Positions 39,811-53,000 of a stretch of DNA of 64,000 nt are shown here, piece by piece. Position 1 is the first letter of the stretch, and every line of letters starts with the position of its first letter. Below the pieces are notes generated by a model. That model had not been told where the DNA came from. It did not search any database and worked only from the letters and a program-made list of their open reading frames with translations. Made by a program: the position numbers and the translations under genes. Origin of the DNA: Octopus vulgaris (Eukaryota); assembly GCA_951406725.2 (NCBI GenBank), contig OX597814.1, positions 153,450,001-153,514,000 of the forward strand. The letters run 5' to 3'.

Positions 39811-40271
39811 TCCCTGCCCCTTGATGCAATTATACCTGCGAGCCCATTTTATTGCGCCTATAGGCTGGTATACTTGTATGTACAAAATATAGGAAATTTT
39901 TCAATTATAAAATTTATACAGTATTTGTATGCCTATTTGCGACAATAGGTCACATTTCCACTATGACTTAATACAGTTAGACTCAAATAGAAAATCGTCC
40001 GGTGATTGCCATTTGAATGGAAATTTTGTTTTCACTATAAAACACATATTGCTACCACCCCCTTGAGACCCAACTACACTCTAGCTGAAAAATATAGAAT
40101 ACCTCATAAGTAATATGAACGTCCTAAATTCAGTGGTGGCATTAATGTCTCGAATTAAACATAGATATATACAAGATTTACAGACATAAAAAGTTAGAAT
40201 TTGTAATCCACCCGTGGATCTTTTTCTTTGGAAATTTTTGCCTACCACACTAAAAGGTTTCCCCACCCCTG
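39811..40271. mobile_element. hAT-like MITE with left end lost
   Basis: Ends aaaggtttccccacccctg (reverse complement CAGGGGTGGGGAAACCT, hAT-type terminus), directly followed by ggctaaac. Confidence 0.55.
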
Positions 40272-40279
40272 GGCTAAAC

Positions 40280-40602
40280 CAGTGGTTCTCAACCAGGATC
40301 CATATAAGATTTTGGCGGAGTCAACACAACAAAATAACAAATTGGGGATCCCCAATAGTATTTTAAGGGCCCCTGAAAAAAATTGATTTAGATATATGTA
40401 TTGGTATATATTGCAAGAAACAGCGAGGTTTCTTTCTCTAACATTTTACATAGTTCAATCTACATAAGTGAATGTGGGAAAAACATTTCTGAAAGGGAAT
40501 TTCTATAAAACTAGTTTTTAAAAATCGAATAGCTATGGAGGTCCACCAAAATAAAATAGAAATCAAAGGGGTCAATAAATAAAATGTGGTTGAGAAACCC
40601 TG
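40280..40602. mobile_element. hAT (Charlie-like) MITE with 8 bp target-site duplication
   Basis: TSD ggctaaac at 40272-40279 and 40603-40610; TIRs cagtggttctcaacc / ggttgagaaaccctg. Confidence 0.9.
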
Positions 40603-42739
40603 GGCTAAACTCTTCAAGATAATGCCTCAACCTGACCACAGTCCAATGACTGAAATAAGTGAATGGTAAAAGATAAAATAAACAGTAACAAGTTCCAAAG
40701 ATGTCTTGTGTCTTCCTTATCAAAAAATCCTGGCATTGGTGTAAGCATGGCTATATGGTTCATTTCACCACGACATGGTTCTGTGTTCAATTGCACTCTG
40801 ACCAAATGTCTTCTACCATAGCCTTGGGATGAACAATACCTTCTGAATGAAATTTGGTATTGAATAGACAAGTGTGTATTTGTTTGCTTGTGTACATTAT
40901 CATCATCATAGTCATTGTATAACACATGTTTTCCATGCTGTCATGGGTTGGATGGTTTGATAGAATCTGGCAAGTCACAAGGCTGTGCCAAGCTCCAATG
41001 TCAGCTCTGATATGGTTTCTATGGCTAGATGCTCTTCCCAATACCAACCACTTTCCATATCACCAGCACATGTGAGGTTGCATAGTAACTTGCAAGACAA
41101 GAAAAGTGTGAGAAGGAGAAAAGAAAAAGCCTCCTGAGAAGGTAGGTTATTTGAGAAGGGGAGAGATTATTGTTCTGTGCCAGGTATCAAGAGGCTAAAA
41201 TGTGAAAGAGGGACAAGCCCAGTTATCTTTCTATAGAGGAGATATATGAGTGGTCAAGTTGTAAAAGCCATTCAATAAAATAAGTACCAGACTACAATAA
41301 GTACTGGGGTCCAATGACTGTAACCATAAATGGCAAACCAGAATTCCCAGTTAGGGTATAACTAAAATTGTTTATTTAAACATCTATGGTGAACACACAC
41401 AAAAAGTAATAGTATAAACTCCAAATATGATGTTAGATAATAAAGAATAGTTCTTTCAGCACAGAATTTTACAAAAAGAATTACAATATGTGACTGCAAC
41501 AACATAATTTAAAAACCCAGACAGACAGACTGGTTGTTGTTGTTTGGCACCAGCTCAGTTCTGATGAGCAAACCCATTATCAAATGCATTGTAGCTGCAA
41601 CCATCTCATTTTGCATACTTAGGACTACAGAGTCAAATGAGTCTGCCATTTTTTTTCAAAGACAAAAGTGTGTGTTTGATTTAGGGAAATTTGCATGTTT
41701 TTTCTTGTGGTTAAAGTTAACCATGTAGAGGTTATCGCACTGGCTCAAGTTAGTATCTAGTATATCACTCATGTAACCCTTGCACTACTCCAAACCAACT
41801 ATTAATATATACATTTCTTTTCTTATAAGGTTAATTTTTGCATAGAAGGGGATAGTTTATGAAAGAGAATTTAACATATAACAAATACTTATTTCACTGA
41901 AGAGAATAGTGAATCATACCTATGTAGTGTAAATAATTAAACCTGGTTCAACTACTGCAGATCACTAGCTGATAAATAATAAAAGACACATAAGGTAACT
42001 GACCTGGTTTAGCTTTTCAGAGTCTCAACAACTTTGAAATGATAGCTATAGGAAATGTTGAATATTTAAAATAAAGGGTTTTTTTTTTCTTTTCTCTTAC
42101 TAAAGATAGTTTAATGATAATGCAACAGCACTATGATATGAGGCAAATAACATTGCCTGTTCTAGCTGAAACACTTTTTGTATTGAAATAATAAATACCA
42201 CCTGGCATCATTTTAAAGTTTAATCAGCATCATGTGGAAGCTTAATCTGCAAACCAATATTTGTAGTTGGGATAATGTTATCAACCTACATAATCACGAT
42301 GTGTTCAAGAAAGAAGTAGAAAAAATTCTGAAATATCCTGAGCTGAAAATACGAAGAACATTTCAGATTTGTCATCAAAATAAACCATTATTATTTTTCT
42401 ATATAACTTATAAAACAAAAGAAATTCTTCTTTCAGTTAATCTTGTCTGAGATAACTGTTTCTGCAAAAAGAAAAAAACAAAACATTGGTGATTTAATCT
42501 AGCTTAAAGAACATTAAAACTCCACAACAAAACATTTCTTTGTTCTAACAGAATGGGCAGAATTGCTATTATTTAAACTTCAACAGCAATAGCAAAACTA
42601 ATTTGCTACATATAAGACAAAGTTAAAAAAAAAAAAAAGACCCACAAGACAAATCAAAATATTCTTAAAATCAGAGACAAGAAACATTGAAATATACTTA
42701 ATATCTATTTTACTGTGTTATTCTTGTTTATAATAATTC

Positions 42740-42950
42740 TAATTTTTGCCACAAGGCCAGCAACTTGGGGAGGACAGCTAGTCAATAGCATTGGTCCCAG
42801 TGCTCAATTGGTACTTATTTCATTGACCTCTAAAGAATGAAAGACAAAGTTGAACACGTCAGAATTTGAACTTGGAATGTAAAGCCACAAGAAGTGTCAT
42901 GAACCATTTTGTCTGGGACACTAATGATTTTGTCAGCTCTCAGCCTTCCT
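42740..42950 (-). mobile_element. SINE family B copy
   Basis: ggtacttatttcattgacctctaaagaatgaaagacaaagttga..gaatttgaact is the reverse complement of the family B central motif and B box. Confidence 0.65.
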
Positions 42951-45900
42951 CTAGTTTATAATAATAATACTGTTTCTAACACAGACAAAGCCAAAGATTT
43001 TGGAGAGAGCATTAGTTGATTACATCAACTGGTATGTAGTGGAACTTTATTTTGTTGACTTTGAAAGGATGAAAGGCAGAGATGGAAATAATAATAATAA
43101 TGGTTTCTGATTTAGGCACAAGGGCAGGATTTTGAGGGAAAATTACATTGACTGACACTATATTTTATCAATCTTTGAGGGATAAAAGCAAAACTGATGG
43201 AAGGTGACGTTAAGCGATGATGATGATGAATGAAAATAGCTGGACCATGTACTACAAAGCATTTCTCTGATATTCAAATGATTCTGCAACTTACCACCCT
43301 TATATTAATGATTTCTGATTTAGGTACAAAGCCAGTAATTCTGAGAAGAAGGGATCAACAATACTTGGTACTTAATTTTATTGACAACAGTGAAGTAAAA
43401 GGCAAAGCTGACCTTAGTAAAATTTGAATTCAGATTGTAAAGTGCCGGAAAAAAAGGCCAAAAGACATTTTTTACATTCTAGCCTTTCTGGGATTTTGAA
43501 CACAGAAAGAAAAACTGCAAAGGATTTTATCTGATTCTCTATCGATTCTGCTAACAAGAGCAGAAATTTGGGGGATTAAATAAAGACTTTGCAAAACAAA
43601 AATTAAGTTAAGGAACTCCTCCTCTCTCTTTGCATGGTTGAGAGGCAAGAACTGAGTATATAGACAACGTGTATTTAAAATTAGCAGTGTTATTTATTTC
43701 TTACAAGTACTGAATATTCTTTAACTTATTTAATAGCAGAACTTAACTCCTATCCTTCATAAATGATATTAGCTACAAATAACTAGCATTTCCTATTAAA
43801 AAGCGCGGTTTATAAATTAATTAACAGAAAGTCTGACGGCATTAATAACAATGTATATCAAAAGATAAACATTTCAGTCGCGACCACATTAGACATGCTT
43901 ACTTAGAAAGCCACGAGATGTGAGAAGTGAAATACCAAAAATTCTAAAAGCTATGGAAATGGTGAAATGATAGAGAAAGGTAAAGTAATGGTATGTTAAG
44001 TAAATGGCAGAGCAACAAAACAGAAAGTAGTACCATGGAAGGAGAAGTAGAGAGAATGCGTTTGAACAACTAGAATAGTTCAGGCCAGTGCACAGGTCAC
44101 GGTTTAAGCGTGGTGCAACGGAGCGCATAGAAGGCGCTGGAGTAATTATTTATTATTCAATAGTGCAGATTACCCGACCGTACATTATAATACATGCTGA
44201 TCTTGGCATTGGACAAAGACAAAATATGTTGGCCAATAAAATGATAACCCTCTAGTTATAAACAAGTTCAATTATTCGTCTTCTCCGAGATAGAAATGCT
44301 TTTCTCCAATAATACACGAATCCTTTGTGCTTAATACTGAAAAGCATCGTTATCTATTTCGATTTTTTATATATATTTAAGCCACACAAATGTAAATGTA
44401 AAACTTAAACTAAATTGCTTTTGTAAAAGAAATTCCGAATGTTAATTATTTATTTTATTAAAAGCTATCGCATTTATTAAATTACAATCCCAACAATTAT
44501 ACATTGGAAAAAATATTTCTATACTTTGTAAACGACCGCTTCTATTTAAATAAATATAAAGAACCTAAGGAAATATAATTACTGAACTATATTTTATATC
44601 GCCTTTCTCATTTTCTTTGGTACAGAACGATGTCCATGATAATTAAATAGATGGTTTAAGTAATCTTAAAATAAACGTTGGAGTTAATAACTCCGAGAGA
44701 AGGCAATTTATGTTGGTTGTGATACACAGAGCAGCAAACTTCAGTCGGCAATAGCGTTTTCTAATAGAAAGACTACATTCAATTATAGTTTCCCTCAATA
44801 ATCACAGAAAAGTGAGAATAAAGCAATATATGAGAAACTTGGATGTCACAAATCTTTTTCCAATAATAATCAACAATTCCTGCTGAAAGACTCGCCATAA
44901 TCCTGTCTTTGGGTGATCTTAAGACGTGAAGCTAAAGAAAGAAAGAACGAGAAAGCGAGGAGAGTAAGTGGCATATACCATATAAAAATCAAAGGAAAGG
45001 GATTTGCGTGAACAGAACTGAAACACAGGGGGAAAAGACAACTGTATACTGGAAGATTAAGTGGGCGGTAATATGTGAAAAGTATCCGATTGCCAATAAA
45101 TCTGGCCGAACCGAACTTTCAACTAGACACGAGAATTATAAACACCAAGAATGTGAGTAATATACTGCCGCAAGCTTCATAGAGTATAAACAGAAATCTA
45201 TAATAGTAGCAGGTACGTACCAGAGAATAATCAACCCAGGCCCGATACACACATAAAAAAATAACTGATTATAGTTCTTTTATTGCTTACTGAACGAATT
45301 TTCTTTTAATTCCAGATAAATTAAAATACTTAATAAAGCTATATAATAAGCAGACTAATAGAACATTCTCTTTTAAAGCTATTCGAATACAGAAAAACAG
45401 AAAAGAAACGCATTGAGAACAATACAACCTGGAAAGCATTAGAGAGAAATGTTTCCCTGCTTATTCATTTGGTATCAAAATGGATCTACACACACGTGAT
45501 GTTCCTTAGGTTCAACCACCATCCCTTTTAACGAACTATATTTAATTTTGAATAACAGAGATCCTTTTAATTAGTTTGAATTCTCGGATTGCAAATAAAC
45601 AGCTCTAAAAAAAAAAAAGAGAAAAAAGCAGTGAACAAAGACAACACAAAATGGTAATCATTTTTAACATAAACACTGGTGTGAACACTCATTTGAATTG
45701 ATCCAAGTACTTATTTTATCGACTCTTAAAGGGTGTATATAATATGATTAAAACTATAGAGCATTAGCAGTATGTGGTTTGCATGTCAGTTGTGTCTCAA
45801 CGAGGGTGTAGAGAAAGATAAATAGTCAAACAAGTGTTTGGCTTCTTTAAGACATATGCCACATCACAAGATAACAGCCAACTCCAACTCAGTCCTAATC

Positions 45901-47351
45901 GAATAATCTAGGGGAAAATGCTGTTCTAGCTTTGATATTTCCATCTTTTGAGTTTACTCCATTATATTATCAAACGTTTTCTTCCTTTTTCAAAGACAAA
46001 GTGTGATTCCAGGGAAATTTGGTTCTTTCTAGCATGTCGAGTGAACATCCCTCCCTGGTTCGAACAAGAAGGAAAGTAAATTTACACAAGAAATTTTGGA
46101 ACGTTTTCGTGTGAACATCAAAAATTTAATAGGACAAAAATATATTGTTTATTTTAAAAATATACTAAAGAGAATAACAATATCAATAATAGCGATTTTA
46201 TGAAATTAACCTAACCGTATTTTCTGTCATTAGAGAGACCGGAATATCTGCTAGAGGATATGGTTTCGATTGAGTTTTGTAAGCAAGCTGTGAGATGGTC
46301 GGCCAAGTTATCAAAACAAGACAGAAAACTATTGATGGCACACAATCTCAATTTTCGCCGATCTTATACAAATAACGTTAATGAACGTACTGTATGTCCG
46401 ACTGCAACAGCCAGAACGGTGTTACGAACACAGGCCACATTTTCTAAGAGGGATATTAGTCAACTATATTGACATGACACTTGGCTTAGCAATCCTGAGA
46501 GGAGAAAAGGTAAAAAGTTAACTCTTACACAATAGCAAATATGCAAAGAGATAATAAAAAAAAAAAAGAGAAAAAAACTTTATCCTCTCCTATAAACTCA
46601 TTGCAAGATATACTACTAAATGAATGCGAAATGCAATAAAAGTAACAATGAAAGCAATAATAGTGTAATAATTAAAAAGTAAATGAGTAAGCAGAGACAA
46701 GGTTAACTGGAGGCGTTTTGTCGTAGACGTAACAACGTCCAGTTGCTAGCAGGACTAATAAAATAGACCAGTCAACAAACAGCAATGATTAACTGCTTTA
46801 TTAATAGAACCGGTGACACATTCAATTTTTTATCCCATTGAAATTTAGTCCACTTTCTGTCGGAACAACCAGCACAGCGCATACATGCATTGAATACAAA
46901 ATAAACTTCCAGCCAACGGGAGAACCTGTATATGATTGCTTGACATGCTGAAAATAGCAAAATTTCATTCAGATCACCCCCTACCGTTTCAAAAGAAAGA
47001 AGAATAAAAGAGACATTAGATAATTTGGGCCGAGACACGCTATTGCTGAAAAAGACGGAATGATTCATGGCTTGAACACCTTAGATTCGGTCAGGGTTCA
47101 ACATCATTAAACAAACTATTTTCTAGAAAAGAAACCAAAATCCGAGGACGACTGGAGAAAATTAATCAAAGGCTGCGGAAAACTTAATAAAACAGTGAAA
47201 TGATGTTAGAATTCACTTTTCCGAACGACATAACGAATTTATAGTTTGCGACTATTTTTCAACCTCATGCCAAATATTTTATTGAAACCAAGGAGGTCGT
47301 TTGGCTTGTTTGAAGAGGCAACAAAATCACCATCAAATGACAGAATCTCTC

Positions 47352-47396
<45 letters not shown>

Positions 47397-49598
47397 AACA
47401 CATTGTATAATGTAGTCCCAGACACTGATAAAATTTGGGATGGTTATAGTTGGAATACCTCTGATCATAGATTTTGCTCTGGATCAGAGTGGAGCTGGGT
47501 CCTAAACAGGAAAAATAACCCACCATTCTTTGTTAACGAAAGTATTGAAATTAAAAAGAAAAAAAAAACTATGGGGCATAATATCAACATTATGTGTACA
47601 CACACAGATTATATATATATAGATATATATATATATATATAATGATGGAAATTTTGAAAAATGTACCACATTATATTTAAAAAATGAAACTGAATAATAG
47701 AAGAGAAGATATATTTAAATCAAAAATATTTAGTTGACCAATATCCTTTACCCTATACAAATCAAATGAAATCCACATTTAAACAACAAAAATTAGGTAT
47801 TCAAATATTTATGATCAAACTACAATTGTTCGAAGAATACATGTAAGGGAGTTTTAAATGTTAAAGAGAGAAAAAGAAATGAACAAAACTGAGCGTCAAG
47901 TTGGAATTGAACCAGACTAAGTTCAAGTGTCACACTTTCTTTTCGCATCTTATATTCGTATTCAGAAAGAAATCATTATTAATTAATTATTATGTGAAAA
48001 ATATTAAAAAATCTAATATGAAATTAATCTGTTTAAAGTTTTAACAAAGAAACTAGACGAAGTTTCAAAATGCATGTATATGGAGAATTCTTTAAAAGAA
48101 ATGAAAGTTTAACAAACATCAAGAGAGAACCGGAAAAGCACTTAAGTAGATAAAAGTTGTAAATTTTGATTAGAATTAAGAGAGTGATTCTGAGAATATG
48201 ATTGTTTACAACTTTGAAAGTATTATTCTGCAAAGAAGATGATAATTAAATGTTTTCAACTGTGTGTGTGTGTGTGTATATATACAACATGGATGTATGG
48301 ATAAAATTATCACTGAAAAGAGCAAGTACATTGCACTGGAAAACGTGATGGCAAAGGAGACAGGTTGTTGTTGTTTAGGCCACATATTCCTATTCTAGAA
48401 GATCTAGCACGATGCAGTCATGACCATCACACCTTTTTCTTTCATACACACTATAACCGATTAAATTATCAAGTCCTTTCTTTTTAAAACGATGGGATTT
48501 GAGGGAGGAAGTGCTACTATTTCTAGGAGGTTAAGTGACCACATGTAGTTTCACTAGTTGGCTGGAGACGTCGTAAATGGTGGTTATTTAGGCTCAGTCC
48601 GTCCATGATCCGGTAAGTCTATGAACAAAACCATTCAAGACTTGACAGTCCACATTTTGTCATAGTGTTCCTCGGACTACATCAACCAACGGCGACATGT
48701 GACTTAGCTGCTTTTTTCAGCAGGTAAGATGGACAGTGCAGAGGTTTGTTTGTTGGCACAAGAAGTTTGAGCCTGGATAAGAACCGAGAGACAAAACAGG
48801 ATTTCCAAGTTGCTGTTAAGGAGGCCCATCAGGCATTTCAAAACACATGGCTTAAAAACAACAAAAAGAACATTGTGTATGTATGAAGGCAACATTTGTG
48901 TGTAGGTATATATGTGTATTGTATGAAGATACTCGCGTATGCACGCGCGAATATTTATGGATAGATAGACAGATAGTGCTTTTTTTTCTGACATATGAAA
49001 AAGCTGATTTTATATATACATTGCATGAAGAATACATTTATGTATGTATATGTGTGTGTATGTATATATATATATATATATATATAGTGTGTGTGTGTGT
49101 ATAAAGAAAACATGTGTCTATGCATATCTACCGATATATTTTTATGAAGAATATGTGCGCGCGTGTATGTGTATGTATATATATATATATATATATATAT
49201 TGTTTGTTTATTACTCGACGTTTCCACTTCTGAAAATATATTTATTATATGTGTATACACGCAAACATGCAAGTTGAGATATCGGTGTCTAGATCAAATG
49301 ATTGATGCAGACAAAAACAAACCACTGAACAAATAAGCATCATAAAAGATATATATAAAACACCAAGATATATATATACACATATATATATCCACACACG
49401 TGCAATGCACATTCGGAAAAACAAGAAACCTTGTATTTATGGCTTCAATGTTTTCTTTCATAAGCGTTGTATTGTTTTGTTTCCTCATTTTTCGTCTTTT
49501 CACATAGCAAACTATTCAAACATGTTTATTTTTTTCAAAAGGAAGTGCATTTCTAATAATTAATTATTATTATTGTCTATGTATTAATAAATACATAC

Positions 49599-49649
49599 CT
49601 TTCCAGCAGCTCTGCCTAGTCTAATAATTCCCAGTTTGAAGCTAGACAT
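49599..49649 (-). CDS. ZMYND19: First coding exon (17 codons) of a zinc finger MYND domain-containing protein 19 orthologue
   Basis: caaacATG start context; translates MSSFKLGIIRLGRAAGK, closely matching the vertebrate ZMYND19 N-terminus MTDFKLGIVRLGRVAGK as I recall it. Ends at a phase-0 donor AAG|gtatgt (49598). Lies in a CpG-retaining zone. Confidence 0.9.
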
Positions 49650-52000
49650 GTTTGCTGCACATCGGCGGTAAAGATTGCCATCCAAGTCGGTGCCAGTGCA
49701 GAACGTGCAAGACGTCCCTCTCACTGAGGTAATGTTGCCTGTTGTGGCATGGACTCCACTCACTCTAACTCTCTCTCTCTCTCTCACTTTAACTAACTTA
49801 ACTGTCTATCTTCTCGTCGCCAGCACTCACTCAATAACTAAACTGTTTTCATTCACACTCTCCCAGTTTATGTTATTTCTCCGAACTATAGCTCCTCCCC
49901 CTTTCTCTCTCTCTGTTTTCTTAACTCTTGCTCTCACTCAATAACTGAATTGTTTTCACTCACATTCTCCCAATCTGTCTTCTCTCTGAACTGTTCAGCG
50001 GTTATGTTCCACTCACTCTAGCTATCCCTCCCATCCGCTTTCTCTCTATTTGTTTTCTCAACACTTGTACTCACTCAGTAACTAAACCTTTACATTCACT
50101 CTCTCCCAGTCTCTGTACTTTTTATATACACTTCATTGCTGTAATATTTCACACTCTCTGTATCTCTCTATCTTCTAGTCGCTAAACTGAACTGTTTTCA
50201 CTCACTCACTTCCAGTTTCTGCCCATTCTATAAACAATTCATGGAAGTAGTGTTACTCCACTCATTCCAGCTTGCTTCAGTAACATTTAATCAACTCGTC
50301 GCTGCACTCAATAACTAAACTGTTTCTACTCACGTTCTATCTTCCTCACTTTCTCTAAACATTTCAACCTCTCTAACACTTAGTTTTACTCCTACTTTGT
50401 CCCGTTCATCATCCGTCACTCTACCTTTACCTCATTCAAAATTTTCCGTCTCTCACATTCTTCTTTTATTCCTTCAATTGTTTCATCTGCTTTTTTAGAA
50501 TTATTTTAGTATTTCACTATCTTTTCTCCAACTATGCTTTCAGTTTTTTACCAGCTACCCCTTATCTTTTCCCCACTTTATTTCTCTCTTTATCCCTCTG
50601 CTATTCTTTCCTATTTTCTCCTGTTTAAAAAGAGTTCTCATTTTTTTTTCATTCTCTGCCCTATCTAGTCATTCTTTACTTTTACATGTCTATTCTACAT
50701 CTGCGTATCTCTCCTGTTACCTTTTTTTATTATCTGATTATCTCTACCGTTCACTAATCTTCTATCGCTCTCCATTCTCACTTTCTCTTTTACACCTCTC
50801 CTCTCTCTCTTCTCTTCTCACAGTCAGTATTTTCTTTCCTCCAAACCGATTCACTCTCACTCTTTCAAGGTTTTATTATATCTATCATTTCTTTACTCTC
50901 TTTCTCCGGTACTCTTCTCTCTTATCAAAATTTCCTACTTCCCTATCTTTCTTTGTGCCCATTAATGTCTCTTCTTTCCGCTCCAATTTCGGCTTTCGCA
51001 TTAGCTGTTTCATTCCTCCCTCCCTGATTTCATTAAAATTCTTTTGCAGCTTTTTTTTTTCATTTTGCTCTCGAACCTCTTTCAACCTATCAACTCTTAC
51101 TTTCTCCCACTGGCGCACGAACCATAGTTAAATCATTGTAAGCACTGCTTCATGTAATCACATTTTTTTTTTGTTGTCCCAGTAAACACGATTTTTCCTT
51201 ACTCTTACATCCAACCCGACCCAGTTCCTTGTTATCTCCGTAAGCACCTACCCCACATTTGAATAACAACCAACTCGGCTTTATTCCTCCACATAGCCAC
51301 CATTCATTCATCCTACCTATTGTCTTAATTTTAGTGCTTTATTCCTCTTTTCTTCTTTTACATACTTATTATTCAAATCCCTATTTTCAGAAACAGCGGT
51401 TGATATGATTCTCAGCGATCTTCAAATGAGATTTTTTTTTTCTCTTACTATATTGATAACATAGTTTATAGTGATATTTATCTCATGGCAGTTCCACATT
51501 GTAACACTGAATAATAGTTTCCAGGTTAATTCAAACATATTCTCTACGATTCTGTCTCTTTCTCTCCATCTCTCTTTGGCTCTGGACACCTAACAAATCG
51601 TTCGTAGAAGCATTTACTATATATTAAAATTTCTTTTCTTAACACATAGCTCGTCCTAGATGAAATCTATATATTTTTGTCCTCTATTTCTCCCTATATC
51701 AGACAGAACCTCTCCATATCTTTCGCTGTTCTGTCGCTTTCGAATGACATGGTTGGCTTTCTGCTAGGAAGTTCAACTTGTCCTGTACGGCAGCGGAGGA
51801 GGCTCAAAGTAGTAGTGACAAGGGGAATAGGAGTAGTAGTGACTTACGAAGCTAGAGTGATCTCGCCTTAGGTAGGAGGAGGTGTGGTAGCGGTGGCAGT
51901 ATAAGTAATCACTGTGGTAGCAATGACTTGCGTTAACGAAGGCGAGGAGAAGAAAAACACGCTGAAACGCCTTGTTGAGTTTTGTCTTTCTGTTAGAATT
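49650..52000. promoter_or_regulatory. Putative ZMYND19 5' UTR/promoter region, possibly bidirectional
   Basis: Immediately upstream of coding exon 1, nearly free of transposons, CpGs retained, long pyrimidine-rich plus strand. TSS cannot be placed from sequence. Confidence 0.5.
49750..50345. repeat. Degenerate ~110-130 bp tandem repeat, about 5 units
   Basis: Motif ctcaataactaaactgttttca(c/t)tcac recurs at ~49830, 49937, 50074, 50183 and 50307. Confidence 0.75.
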
Positions 52001-53000
52001 CCATTCACATCTCGGATGTTCTATAGAAATATCAAATCAATCCAATACTTGAATGAAACTTTATTTTATCTGTTACAGTAGAATGAAAAGCAATATTAAC
52101 TTCACTGGAATTTGAACTCAGAGACGTAACTAAATAGCGAGTTTGTGTTTTGTTTGTTTTGATAGTTGTTGTTGTTTAGCAGACCGATGGCTAAAGAAAT
52201 TCCAGCTTTTGACCAACCCATCTTTTATTCAAATACAGTGTATCTAGGACTAGTTTATCAAATGTTGTGTGTGTTGATGAAAATTTAGTTGCTATTTCTA
52301 GCGTGGAGGCTTTCTCGTTGATTATTCTTAAAGGTGGCAAGTTCGGATGAGATATGGTTTCGATTCCAGGTTCCAGAAATTTCCTTTTACATATCGCCAC
52401 ATTCCATTTCTAAGTTTTGGTTTGTTATTTTTTATTTTTTTGTAAAATGTCTACTCCGAGTCCCCTCGAATTACTTTTATAAGTAAAAACTTTCCTTCTT
52501 TTAATACAATGAAGAAACACGCATCTTGATCGCATGTCCTTTAACAGAAAACTGTATCTACGTTAACAAAAACAAAACAGTATCCAACATAAAGCCGATG
52601 GAATACATCTACATGATTGCATGTTTCCTAAAATTATGAGGAAGGTCTTACAAAATAACTTTCATATGATCAAATAAAAAATCAAACCACGTGCTGGATT
52701 TTACGTTGTGCAGCAACAGGCCAACACTGATTCAGCTAACCTATATTCTAGACTCTAGATTATAGGTTGGCTAGATTCTAGAGCATTGCGATCAAGAAGC
52801 GAATCTTCATATCACAGTCCTTTAGATTATGAGTTCAAATCACACTGAGATCGAATTTGCCATTTATCCATACGGGGTCGATACAGTGCCTCGAAAAAAT
52901 ACACATAGTATACTGTAGAATGTGAGACTGTGGCCAGCATGGAAAACGGACGTAAAAAAAAATTGATGATGAATAGGAGGAAGAGGACATATGTTTATTC

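Noticed and set aside
40081-40266. ORF with a nearby GAG|gt donor, considered as a ZMYND19 exon ending in Glu
   Set aside because: The required frame has a stop and the sequence lies inside a hAT-like element.
49650-49787. N-terminal extension of the 67 aa ORF upstream of the ZMYND19 ATG
   Set aside because: Homology starts at Met 49649, which has a good start context; the extension begins in a (GA)n repeat without an ATG.
50885-51118. Lys/Glu/Arg-rich 77 aa ORF
   Set aside because: By-product of the purine-rich minus strand; no splice or homology support.
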